Shown: in pieces, positions 24,944 through 33,185 of the stretch
Layout: every line of letters starts with the position of its first letter
How positions within the stretch are numbered: position 1 is the first letter of the stretch
Assembly: GCA_049967315.1 (NCBI GenBank)
Contig: JBMFSZ010000001.1
Span: 1-33,185 of the forward strand
Direction of reading: 5' to 3'
DNA length: 33,185 nt
Origin: Desulfomonilaceae bacterium
GTDB taxonomy: Bacteria; Desulfobacterota; Desulfomonilia; Desulfomonilales; Desulfomonilaceae
Notes under the pieces: generated by a model
What the model was told of the DNA's origin: nothing
Database searches by the model: none
Seen by the model: only the letters and a program-made list of their open reading frames with translations
Position numbers and translations under genes: made by a program

Positions 24944-24998
24944 CTCCGCTTCAAGAGGTTTGAAAATATCAACCTATTGTCAAAGCGAGTGATTTAAT

Positions 24999-25250
24999 AT
25001 GACAAAGTTCTTTTGGGTTATTTTGTTTGTCGCTTTCTGTGTGTCTCTCCTGTCATCCTGCTCATCAGTCCAAACTTCAGCATTGCGCCCAGCCGGTTAC
25101 GAAAACGAAAAAACAGGCTGGATTCAAAAAAACCTCCCCAGCCTCGAAAAGCTATCGAATATGATTCCCCCTCCAACAGACGCGAGAACAAAATGGGACG
25201 AAATGCAAAATAAGCAGCGAAGCGGCAGCCGCTCTGACGAAAACTTCTAA
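24999..25250 (+). CDS. Small hypothetical lipoprotein (83 aa).
   Basis: The signal peptide carries a lipobox: MTKFFWVILFVAFCVSLLSS|C. The mature part is hydrophilic, and GAGTGA lies upstream of the ATG. I recognise no family. Confidence 0.6.
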   Translation: MTKFFWVILFVAFCVSLLSSCSSVQTSALRPAGYENEKTGWIQKNLPSLEKLSNMIPPPTDARTKWDEMQNKQRSGSRSDENF

Positions 25251-25299
25251 ATCTTTCTGTTCCAGACTTCTGTCAAGTATGCGGAACCTCAACCCGCAT

Positions 25300-26061
25300 T
25301 TAACATTTAAGGACCGTTTGTAAATTGTGGTGTCCCGCTGCTATTCCTTCGTGAACATAAGTCAGTCCAAATGTCAGAGGGAAAGCCCGAACCGACTCAA
25401 ATCCCGAGGACTTGAACAGTTCGCTCAACTGGTCTGGGGTCAGAAAATCTTGAATTGATTCAGGCAAATAACTATAAGCTTGCCTGTTACCTGATATGAT
25501 GCCTCCCACCGTCGGGATCACATGATTAAGATACCATTTGAAAAAACCCCGAAGACCAAGGCTTTTGGGGAAAGTCATCTCGAGAGTAATAAGCTTACCG
25601 CCCGGCTTTACGACTCTTTTCATTTCCTGCAAAGCAGCAAATCTGTCAGGGATGTTCCTTAATCCGAAAGCAATTGTCACCACATCAAACTCATGAGACG
25701 GAAAAGGGAGTTTTGTCGCATCAGCGGCAACATAGTTGATGCGTGATGACAGGCCTTTGGACTGGGTCTTTAGTTGAGCTGGCTCCATCATTTTTGGGAC
25801 AAAGTCTGCTCCTGTAACCCTGCCCTGCGGTAATCCGCGGGCTATCTCAATGGCAAGATCGCCAGTGCCAGTAGCCAAATCCAGTATTCTTTCAGCTTGA
25901 GCTGGAATACGTGTCACGACAAATTTTCGCCAGCTCACATCTCTTCGAGCGGACAGCACACGGTTCAGCAAATCATAATGTGGTGTGATTGAATTGAACA
26001 TGTCCTTGACAGCGGTAATGCGTTGTTCCGCTGTCCAATTTTTTATAGAACGTGATTCCAT
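25300..26061 (-). CDS. ubiE: Demethylmenaquinone/ubiquinone C-methyltransferase (UbiE/MenG family).
   Basis: VKDMFNSITPHYDLLNRVLSARRDVSWRK and the SAM motif ILDLATGTGDLAIE, then FGLRNIPD and VKPGGKLITLE. The start is ambiguous. ATG 26061 (MESRSIKNW) fits family N-termini. ATG 26091 and TTG 26136 are also open. Confidence 0.88.
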   Translation of the reverse strand: MESRSIKNWTAEQRITAVKDMFNSITPHYDLLNRVLSARRDVSWRKFVVTRIPAQAERILDLATGTGDLAIEIARGLPQGRVTGADFVPKMMEPAQLKTQSKGLSSRINYVAADATKLPFPSHEFDVVTIAFGLRNIPDRFAALQEMKRVVKPGGKLITLEMTFPKSLGLRGFFKWYLNHVIPTVGGIISGNRQAYSYLPESIQDFLTPDQLSELFKSSGFESVRAFPLTFGLTYVHEGIAAGHHNLQTVLKC

Positions 26062-26275
26062 ATTGTGGTCCGGTTCCAAAAGCTTTGACATCAAGTTATA
26101 ATTATTAATAATCGCATGATCGATCCAACAACTCAAGTAACGTTACAAGAGGTCGCTAGGATAAACCTAATCAGCTTGACACATTGAAACGCTTCCTGAT
26201 AAGAATTTTAGAAGATTATCGTCCTGGAATCCTCCTCCGACGTTGTTTTCCCTGGATCTGCAAGAGGTGCAACAC

Positions 26276-28837
26276 ATGAAACTCCGTCACCTGATCGTCA
26301 AACCCGATCTGCCGGATGAACTTCAAGCGCTACGAATAATAGGTATGAATATGTGGTTCACATGGAACCCGGAAGCAAGTCGTCTGTTTCAGGCTCTTGA
26401 TCCCGAATTGTGGGAAGCGTGTGGCCATAATCCGATAATGCTTCTGTCCAGGCTGAGCGAGTTCCGGATACGGGAGATCCTGGAAGACAGCACTCTAATA
26501 GATAGAATCAGAGAACTGGAAATACAGTTCGACAATTACGTCAGTAATATTGAGAATTATTCGTTTAACCTCGAGAGGCCCATAGATTATCGTATAGCCT
26601 ACTTCAGTATGGAATATGGGATATCGGAGTGCCTTCCAATCTATTCAGGCGGACTGGGCATATTGGCGGGTGACCATCTCAAGAGCGCCTCAAACCTCTG
26701 TTTCCCATTAATCGGGCTAGGCCTGCTTTACCAGAAGGGCTATTTCAGGCAATACCTGAATATAGATGGGTGGCAACAGGAGTCATATCCAGACAACGAT
26801 TTCTACAACATGCCAATTTCTCCCGTGGGTGATGGATCCGGTGGTCAGTTATCATTTGATCTGGAGCTGGATGGCGCTCCCGTAAAGATACTCATCTGGA
26901 AAGTGCAGGTTGGACGCATCCCCCTGTATCTTCTGGATTCATCTCATCCGTCTAACGCTCCTTCGGCAAGACTTGTCACAGCGGAACTCTACGGTGGCGA
27001 TCTGGAAATGAGAATGAGACAGGAGATCGTCTTAGGGATTGGAGGCGCTCGAGCTCTCCACCTATTGGGGCTCTGGCCCTTTGTATATCACCTTAATGAA
27101 GGTCATGCCGCATTTGCCGCCCTGGAACGTATCCGCCAGACAATGATCACTTACAAGACTTCATTCGAAGTGGCAATGGAAGCGGTTACAGCCTCGACGG
27201 TTTTCACTACCCACACACCTGTTCCTGCAGGCATAGATTTGTTTCCCCAGGATTTGGTGACCAAATACTTTACCAAATACATGGAATCCATGGGCATGTC
27301 GGTAAAAAATTTGCTGGACCTTGGATGTACAAACTCTAGTGATAGATCCTCCCCATTTTCCATGGCCGTTCTAGCTCTCAGGCTTTCCCGGGGTGTGAAC
27401 GCCGTAAGCAAAATCCACCGTGATGTGTCAAAAAAAATGTGGGGCTATTTGTGGCCGGAGATGGAACAGGACGATATCCCCATCGGGTATGTAACTAATG
27501 GGGTTCACATACCTTCTTATCTGTCCAAGGAAATGTCTGACCTGTTCGACCGATATCTTGGTGAAGGATGGATCGAAGAACCGGATAACACCAAGGTCTG
27601 GTCGCGAGTTTACAACATACCTCATGACCAGGTATGGACGGCTCATGAAACACGTAGAGAACGCCTCGTCAATTTCTGTCGAAGAAGGCTTCTTAAACAG
27701 ATGTCGGTCAGAGGTGGTTCAACACTGGACCAAAAACGGGTTCGGGAATATTTGAATCCTGAAGCCCTCACGATAGGATTCGCCCGGAGGTTTGCACCGT
27801 ACAAAAGAGCGGATCTGATCTTATCGGATCCTGACAGACTACTCCGATTGATGTCAGATAAAAGACGACCGATCCAATTCATTTTTTCTGGCAAAGCTCA
27901 TCCGAAAGATTTGCTAGGAAAAGAAATAATAAAAAAGGTTGTTCATCAGTCAACATCAGAGGGTTTGTACAGAAATCTGGTTTTCATCGAGGACTACGAC
28001 ATTAATGTAGCCCGATATCTTTTGCAGGGTTCCGACGTTTGGTTAAATACACCAAAAAGGCCGAAAGAGGCCTGCGGGACATCAGGCATGAAAGCCGCTG
28101 CGAATGGAGTCCTGAATTTCAGTATCCTGGACGGCTGGTGGCCGGAAGCATTCGATGGGACCAACGGCTGGGCAATAGGTTCGAATGAAGACTCGCCAGA
28201 CTCCGAGGACAGCGATAAACGTGACGCTGAACAAATGTTTGATCTGTTGGAATACGAAATCATCCCGCTCTTCTTCAACCGCGGGCCAGATGGGTTGCCT
28301 CACGCCTGGATAGAAAAGATGAAGAACAGTATGGCCAAGATCAGTGGACATTTCAATTCGCACAGAATGATAGAACAATATATGGAAGAATATTACCTTC
28401 AGGCCGGACTCGCGCATCAGATTCTTGGGGAAAACAAGTTGGTGAGGTCCGTGGAACTGAGCGAGTGGAAAAAGAGAGTTCGTTCGGTATGGAAAGACGT
28501 TAATATAGTTGATGTTTCGATTCCTACAGGTGAGAAAGTTTCTCTCGGACAAACGCTCGAAGTAACCGCCACGATTCAACTGGGTCAGCTACGAGATGAG
28601 GAAGTAATAGTGGACCTTTGCCATGGGCCCATTGGCCAGGATGGAAATTCAGAGCGCCTTGTAAACAGAAACGTTACGCCTATGGTAAGCGAACAGCAAG
28701 TCACGGACGGCGTGTGGCGTTTTAAAGGCTTGATTCACTGCGAAGAAACTGGTGTGTACGCTTATTATTTAAGAGTGCTCCCATTTCATCCGTATCTGTT
28801 CAACCCGCTGTCAATGAATCTCGTGGTATGGGGTTGA
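26276..28837 (+). CDS. glgP: Alpha-glucan family phosphorylase (GT35, maltodextrin/glycogen phosphorylase type).
   Basis: The start was moved to ATG 26276 (AGAGGTG 6 nt upstream). MEYGISECLPIYSGGLGILAGDHLKSASNL, FTTHTPVPAG and EACGTSGMKAAANG (PLP lysine region) are present. Confidence 0.92.
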   Translation: MKLRHLIVKPDLPDELQALRIIGMNMWFTWNPEASRLFQALDPELWEACGHNPIMLLSRLSEFRIREILEDSTLIDRIRELEIQFDNYVSNIENYSFNLERPIDYRIAYFSMEYGISECLPIYSGGLGILAGDHLKSASNLCFPLIGLGLLYQKGYFRQYLNIDGWQQESYPDNDFYNMPISPVGDGSGGQLSFDLELDGAPVKILIWKVQVGRIPLYLLDSSHPSNAPSARLVTAELYGGDLEMRMRQEIVLGIGGARALHLLGLWPFVYHLNEGHAAFAALERIRQTMITYKTSFEVAMEAVTASTVFTTHTPVPAGIDLFPQDLVTKYFTKYMESMGMSVKNLLDLGCTNSSDRSSPFSMAVLALRLSRGVNAVSKIHRDVSKKMWGYLWPEMEQDDIPIGYVTNGVHIPSYLSKEMSDLFDRYLGEGWIEEPDNTKVWSRVYNIPHDQVWTAHETRRERLVNFCRRRLLKQMSVRGGSTLDQKRVREYLNPEALTIGFARRFAPYKRADLILSDPDRLLRLMSDKRRPIQFIFSGKAHPKDLLGKEIIKKVVHQSTSEGLYRNLVFIEDYDINVARYLLQGSDVWLNTPKRPKEACGTSGMKAAANGVLNFSILDGWWPEAFDGTNGWAIGSNEDSPDSEDSDKRDAEQMFDLLEYEIIPLFFNRGPDGLPHAWIEKMKNSMAKISGHFNSHRMIEQYMEEYYLQAGLAHQILGENKLVRSVELSEWKKRVRSVWKDVNIVDVSIPTGEKVSLGQTLEVTATIQLGQLRDEEVIVDLCHGPIGQDGNSERLVNRNVTPMVSEQQVTDGVWRFKGLIHCEETGVYAYYLRVLPFHPYLFNPLSMNLVVWG

Positions 28838-28845
28838 TTGGAACC

Positions 28846-29238
28846 TTATTTTACGGTCACCACAGGGCAGTGAGCGTTCAGAATCACATATCTGGCGTTG
28901 GATCCAAAAACCATCTTGCCTACCGGGGAAGTTTTTTTGATCCCGACGACGATCTCCTCGACCTGGTGTTCCTTTGCAAACTCAACAATATCTTCACCAG
29001 GTGTGAACCCACGAACTAGAAGATGAGTTTCAACAGGGACCTTATCAGCAGAAAAAACTTCCTTTGTATATTCTAGCAGCTCCTGGGCCTGTTCGATGGC
29101 GTCAGGAGTTGTTTGAGAGTCCTTTTTGATTGAATAAACCACGTAGACAGATGCTCCAAAGGCAAGAGCGTGTTTCTTCGCCAGATTCAAGGCGTTCCTG
29201 GCTGGATTGGAACCATCATAGCCTACTAGAATTTTCAT
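28846..29238 (-). CDS. Universal stress protein (UspA family).
   Basis: MKILVGYDGSNPARNALNLA...IVVGIKKTSPVGKMVFGSNARYVILNAHCPVVTVK, with GGAGG upstream of the ATG. Confidence 0.85.
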   Translation of the reverse strand: MKILVGYDGSNPARNALNLAKKHALAFGASVYVVYSIKKDSQTTPDAIEQAQELLEYTKEVFSADKVPVETHLLVRGFTPGEDIVEFAKEHQVEEIVVGIKKTSPVGKMVFGSNARYVILNAHCPVVTVK

Positions 29239-29268
29239 GTATCAACCTCCTGATGCTTCTTTGACTCC

Positions 29269-29970
29269 CTAAAGAACGAGATAGCGTTTCACAACATCCT
29301 CGCTGGACCAGATACCCTCCATTGTCCCACTATGAACAACAGTGCCTTTCTCCAGAATGTAACCGCGGTCGCAAACTTCTTTGCAAAAACGTAGGTTCTG
29401 GTCTGCCAGTAAAATGGTGACCCCGTGTCGCTTAATGTCCTGTATGGTTTCAAGCAGCTTTTTCACAATTAATGGCGCAAGCCCTTCCGACGGCTCATCC
29501 AGCAGAATTAAGGAAGGATTCATCATCAGAGCCCGGGCCAGACTAAGCATTTTTTTTTCGCCACCGGAAAAACTCGAGCCCTTCTGCTTTCGTCTGTCCG
29601 CCAGAAGAGGAAACAAGGCCTCAACTCTATCTTTCGTCCAGTATCCTGACCGCCGGCATACTCGCATTGCTATCTCGAGGTTTTCTTCACAAGTGAGATC
29701 AGGGAAAATCCTCAGATCATCAGGAATGTAACTCACGCCCAGTTTCGCGATTGTGTTAGGAGTCAGCTTGCTAATTTCCTTGCCTTCAAATCGGATCGAT
29801 CCGTTAGACGGGGGAGTCAAACCCATGATGGAACGCAGGGTCGTGGTCTTACCCATGCCATTTCGTCCCAACAATGCCACGGTCTCGCCTTGCCTGACTT
29901 CAAAAGATACACTTTGAAGCACATGAGCGCTACCGTAGTAAACATCGATATCACTGACCTGCAGCACCAT
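29269..29970 (-). CDS. livF: ABC transporter ATP-binding protein, LivF type (hydrophobic/branched-chain amino acid uptake family). The substrate is not established.
   Basis: LLGRNGMGKTTT (Walker A), FSGGEKKMLSLARAL (signature) and LILLDEPSEGLAP (Walker B). It overlaps the livG stop by 20 nt. Confidence 0.88.
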   Translation of the reverse strand: MVLQVSDIDVYYGSAHVLQSVSFEVRQGETVALLGRNGMGKTTTLRSIMGLTPPSNGSIRFEGKEISKLTPNTIAKLGVSYIPDDLRIFPDLTCEENLEIAMRVCRRSGYWTKDRVEALFPLLADRRKQKGSSFSGGEKKMLSLARALMMNPSLILLDEPSEGLAPLIVKKLLETIQDIKRHGVTILLADQNLRFCKEVCDRGYILEKGTVVHSGTMEGIWSSEDVVKRYLVL

Positions 29971-30727
29971 GCTGGACCTCTTCCCCTAAATATACTTCAC
30001 GGACCTCGGGATTCCTTCTGATTTCCTCGGGAGACCCGTCTCCTATGATGTGCCCTCTATGTAAAGCCATTACCCGGTCAGACAACGAAAAAACGATATC
30101 CATATCGTGTTCAACTATTACGAATGTAACCTCACCGGAAAGTGAAAGCTTTCTTATGGTTTCCAGGATCCTGGTTCTCTCAACCGGATTCATCCCCGCC
30201 GTCGGCTCATCGAGAAACAAGAGCCGAGGTTTTGCCGCTAACGCTATAGCGACCTCCAGTAAACGTTGATCCCCATGGGAGAGAGATCTGGCAACCATAT
30301 ATGCCTGACCTAGCAGCCCTACCTCACTGAGTACGTTTTCAACATCCTGGTGGATGTCTCTCAGATTGGCCACAGCCTTAAAGATCTTGCCTGTGTGGCG
30401 TTTGAGAGCTAACGACGGAATGGCAAGATTTTCAAACACCGTGAGATTCCCAAATACGTTCACAACCTGAAATGATCTCCCTAGCCCCAGTGTTACGCGT
30501 TTGTGAATGGGTTCTCTAGTGATTTCTCGCCCTTCGAACCAGATTTCTCCTGAGTCGGCGGGCAACAGCCCTGTCAACACATTTATTAGTGTGGATTTCC
30601 CAGCTCCGTTGGGGCCTATGATAGACGTAATTACTCCGCGATTGAGCGAGAAATTCAGGTCTTTAGCAGTGACCACAGTACCGAACGCCTTGTTCAACAA
30701 TCTAACATCTAGCAGACTTTCGCCCAT
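29951..30727 (-). CDS. livG: ABC transporter ATP-binding protein, LivG type.
   Basis: IIGPNGAGKSTLINVLTG, LSHGDQRLLEVAIALA and LLFLDEPTAGMNP. Confidence 0.88.
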   Translation of the reverse strand: MGESLLDVRLLNKAFGTVVTAKDLNFSLNRGVITSIIGPNGAGKSTLINVLTGLLPADSGEIWFEGREITREPIHKRVTLGLGRSFQVVNVFGNLTVFENLAIPSLALKRHTGKIFKAVANLRDIHQDVENVLSEVGLLGQAYMVARSLSHGDQRLLEVAIALAAKPRLLFLDEPTAGMNPVERTRILETIRKLSLSGEVTFVIVEHDMDIVFSLSDRVMALHRGHIIGDGSPEEIRRNPEVREVYLGEEVQHGAAGQ

Positions 30728-30826
30728 GTTATCCTTTCGTGCTCAACACAATTGGACGTGTTTTGAAAGATTTCTACCGAAACGCAACACGGAGATTGCT
30801 CCGTCCCTCGTTCCCTAAAATAAAAT

Positions 30827-31780
30827 TCAGCGCTGAACGTAACGCCTGTATGCGCCTGAAATTGATCCAACCACACCCCCGCGGAACCCAAGTATGATCG
30901 CCAGTAAAAGTATCCCGAACCACAACATCCAGTTATATGTGAATCGCTGCAAGATCTCACGGAGAACTACAAAAATTATACTACCTACGATAGGGCCGGA
31001 AAAAGTCTGTAACCCTCCAATAAGGCTCACAAGAACCGGCTCCGCCGAATGGCTCCAGTGTGCAGAGAACGGCGCCACGTTGCTTTCCAGAAGCGCTGAC
31101 AAGGCTCCAGCCAGCCCCGCGAAAGCGCCGGAAAGGGTGAACACCCACAGGCGATAGGTTTTTACCGAGATGCCGGCAAATTCAGTACGAACATGGTTTT
31201 CACGAATGCCGGCTAACGCCAGTCCGAAAGGAGACGAGTAAATTCTGTGTATGACGAAAACGCTGGCTGCGAACAGGAAAGTTACAAAAAAGTAAAACTG
31301 GTAGTCCTTTCTAATTGGAATACTGGTAATTCCTAAAGATATGGCGGTCCGTGAAATTCCATAAAGACCATCATCGCCACCGGTAATGCTCCTCATGTTC
31401 CAAATCAGTGCAAAGACCATCATTCCGAAGGCAAGAGTAAGCATGGCAAAATATATTTCTGTATGTCTGACACAGAAAAATCCGATACACAAAGCAAGCA
31501 CTGCAGCAGCCGCAACCCCCACAAAAATACCCAAAACAGGATGGGCGCTTACATGTATTGCCGTGAGCGCAAGGCCGTAAGCGCCTGTAGCAAAAAAGGC
31601 GGCATGGCCAAACGAAAGCAGGCCTGTTCTACCAAGTAGCAGATTGTATCCCAGAGCGAAAATCGAAAGGATCATGGTTCGCGTCGCGAGGTAAAGAACA
31701 AATCGACCACCAACCAAACCAACGATAACCAGCGCCACCAAGCAAGCAATGGCTACGCAATATTTCCTGTAACGGTTCAT
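30827..31780 (-). CDS. livM: Branched-chain amino acid ABC transporter permease, LivM type.
   Basis: 317-aa polytopic protein. ALGYNLLLGRTGLLSFGHAAFFATGAY is typical of LivM. Confidence 0.85.
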   Translation of the reverse strand: MNRYRKYCVAIACLVALVIVGLVGGRFVLYLATRTMILSIFALGYNLLLGRTGLLSFGHAAFFATGAYGLALTAIHVSAHPVLGIFVGVAAAAVLALCIGFFCVRHTEIYFAMLTLAFGMMVFALIWNMRSITGGDDGLYGISRTAISLGITSIPIRKDYQFYFFVTFLFAASVFVIHRIYSSPFGLALAGIRENHVRTEFAGISVKTYRLWVFTLSGAFAGLAGALSALLESNVAPFSAHWSHSAEPVLVSLIGGLQTFSGPIVGSIIFVVLREILQRFTYNWMLWFGILLLAIILGFRGGVVGSISGAYRRYVQR

Positions 31781-31783
31781 ATG

Positions 31784-32650
31784 TCAGCCTTCTGCGAAAA
31801 AACCTTGAGGACGCCATAACAAAACTGCGGCCATGAGTCCAAAGGTGAGAAACATGTCGAGCATTGGCATGAATCTGGTGCCAAAAGAACTTAGTAGTCC
31901 CACGATCAATGAGCCCAAAAAGGCCCCCTTCAAGCTACCCAAGCCGCCTATGACCACCACGATGAACGCGGAAATAATTATGGCTTCTCCCATTCCGGTC
32001 GTTAACAATCCAACGTATGGGACAGCCAACGCTCCTCCAGCAGCCGAGAGCCACGCCCCAAACATGAATACTCCAGTGTAAAGCTGAGGAACATTGACTC
32101 CAATCGAAATAGCCATTTCCCGATCAGAAGCTGAAGCGCGAACTATACGTCCCCACCATGTCTTTTCAAGCAGACCATAGAGCCCAATGGCCACCAGCGG
32201 ACCGACAGCGATTATGAACAAATTGTAAACGGGAAACGCACGACCCGCTATGGAAACGGAACCCGAAAGCCCGCCAACAGCAGGAGAGCCTATGGATCCA
32301 GCGCCCCAGATCATTTTGACAAGATCGTCAAAAATCAGGACCATTGCGAAGGTAAGCAACAGTTGGTAGGGCAAGTCAAGGTGATAGACCAATCGCAGGA
32401 GATACTTTTCCATGAACAGTCCAACGATTGCGACAACGAGTGGACCAATCAGAAGGCCGAGCCAAAAGTTCCCACCCATTACTTTCAGAATCGTGTAACA
32501 ACAGTATGCGCCCAGCATGTAAAAACTACCGTGAGCAAAATTCAGAACCCTGAGGACCCCGAAAACAAGGGTCAAACCACTGGCTACAAGCCAAATGAAC
32601 ATTCCGGTGGAGATCCCGGCCAGACAGACATGTACAAGCGACTGTATCAT
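31784..32650 (-). CDS. livH: Branched-chain amino acid ABC transporter permease, LivH type.
   Basis: 288 aa. SGLTLVFGVLRVLNFAHGSFYMLGAY is typical of LivH. Confidence 0.85.
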   Translation of the reverse strand: MIQSLVHVCLAGISTGMFIWLVASGLTLVFGVLRVLNFAHGSFYMLGAYCCYTILKVMGGNFWLGLLIGPLVVAIVGLFMEKYLLRLVYHLDLPYQLLLTFAMVLIFDDLVKMIWGAGSIGSPAVGGLSGSVSIAGRAFPVYNLFIIAVGPLVAIGLYGLLEKTWWGRIVRASASDREMAISIGVNVPQLYTGVFMFGAWLSAAGGALAVPYVGLLTTGMGEAIIISAFIVVVIGGLGSLKGAFLGSLIVGLLSSFGTRFMPMLDMFLTFGLMAAVLLWRPQGFFAEG

Positions 32651-32749
32651 AAGCGTCTACTCCCTGACTCGAACGCTTCCATCTGTTTGTCCTGAAGAGG
32701 CAAAGTGACGCATCTTAATAGCTCCACAATGCCTCACGCAGGTTTGATT

Positions 32750-33185
32750 TCAATTCTTGAACGGTGGATGTGTCCCAGGTCCTTCAAAAGGCGGACGATT
32801 GAAAAATTCCTTTGCCGGAATTACGATCTGTTTGCCCATGATTTTAAATGGATACTTGGGATCAGCCTTCGTGAGTCCCCATGGAACCTCATACATTGCC
32901 TGGTGATCCTCTTTTCTGAAAACGCGATGCCCAGCCGGTGAATCAAGCTCCATCCCAGCGAGGCTATCTACCACCTTGCCGGTTTCCTTGGAACCTGCCG
33001 CCTCGACGGCTTTCTTGAAAGCGAACATCGTAGAGTAGGCGGTTTCTGAAACATAAGCCGGGTAATGATTCCAGCGTTTGTGGAAACGGGCAACGAATTC
33101 CTTGTTGAGCTTGCTGTCCGGATACAGGAAGAAATATCTACCGGAGATCCAGATATTGTCAGGCATTTCGGCCCCCAAACCTTCG
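32750..33185 (-). CDS. ABC transporter periplasmic substrate-binding protein (Liv-type, type I PBP). Only the C-terminal part is in the window; the gene starts beyond the right edge.
   Basis: The frame stays open to the window edge (...EGLGAEMPDNIWISGRYFF...). NKEFVARFHKRWNHYPAYVSETAYSTMFAFKKAVEAAGS is typical of this family. The internal M at 33178 used by the track is not the true start. Confidence 0.75.
   Translation of the reverse strand, partial: EGLGAEMPDNIWISGRYFFLYPDSKLNKEFVARFHKRWNHYPAYVSETAYSTMFAFKKAVEAAGSKETGKVVDSLAGMELDSPAGHRVFRKEDHQAMYEVPWGLTKADPKYPFKIMGKQIVIPAKEFFNRPPFEGPGTHPPFKN

Noticed and set aside
1-33185. A scan for CRISPR arrays, long direct or inverted repeats, additional tRNAs, rRNA, integrase/att sites and toxin-antitoxin pairs.
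   Set aside because: By eye I found none beyond the single tRNA-Val and the IS fragment. No intergenic region exceeds about 215 bp, which leaves no room for large RNA genes or arrays. A computational repeat search would be needed to exclude dispersed short repeats.

Overview
The window is gene-dense and looks chromosomal, from a diderm bacterium. Signal peptides, a lipobox, an RND pump and an outer-membrane barrel support that; taxonomy cannot be established from the sequence alone. I support about 30 protein genes, one tRNA and one IS fragment.

Left to right:
- 1-322 (-): 5' part of an IS5-family transposase, open at the window edge and absent from the ORF track.
- 430-6776 (+): a Cu/Ag-type heavy-metal efflux module. 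It has a 661-aa CusB-like adaptor, a 1265-aa CusA-like RND pump and a secreted NosL-family protein. No outer-membrane factor, CusF or regulator is present.
- 6891-8600 (+): a membrane sensor-HAMP-class III nucleotide cyclase.
- 8700-12876 (-): amrB (Memo-like) downstream of carB.
- 13004-14461 (+): MATE exporter.
- 14649-16199 (+): secreted protein with an inverse-autotransporter-like barrel and an unassigned Cys-containing C-terminal domain.
- 16238-17530 (+): asnS.
- 17603-21018 (-): infC, thrS, tRNA-Val(GAC) and a TlpA-like periplasmic thioredoxin.
- 21135-24308 (+): short hprK, rapZ, and mannose-family PTS EIIA, EIIB and EIIC, without EIID, HPr or EI.
- 24348-25250 (+): rimI and a small lipoprotein.
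- 25300-26061 (-): ubiE.
- 26276-28837 (+): alpha-glucan phosphorylase.
- 28846-33185 (-): a Liv-type ABC importer (binding protein truncated at the right edge, then livH, livM, livG, livF) ending in a universal stress protein gene.

No CRISPR array, prophage, defence-system hallmark, rRNA or large ncRNA is visible. Most of the window is ordinary housekeeping sequence, and I do not see compelling evidence for a wholly new multi-gene system.

The most unusual parts are:
- the IS-flanked copper-efflux module (NosL-family gene where CusF would be, hydrophobic insertion in the pump, multi-domain adaptor);
- the inverse-autotransporter-like protein with an unknown passenger;
- the cyclase with non-canonical substrate-specifying residues;
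- the EIID-less PTS cluster.

All family assignments come from motif recognition by eye and need HMM or BLAST confirmation.
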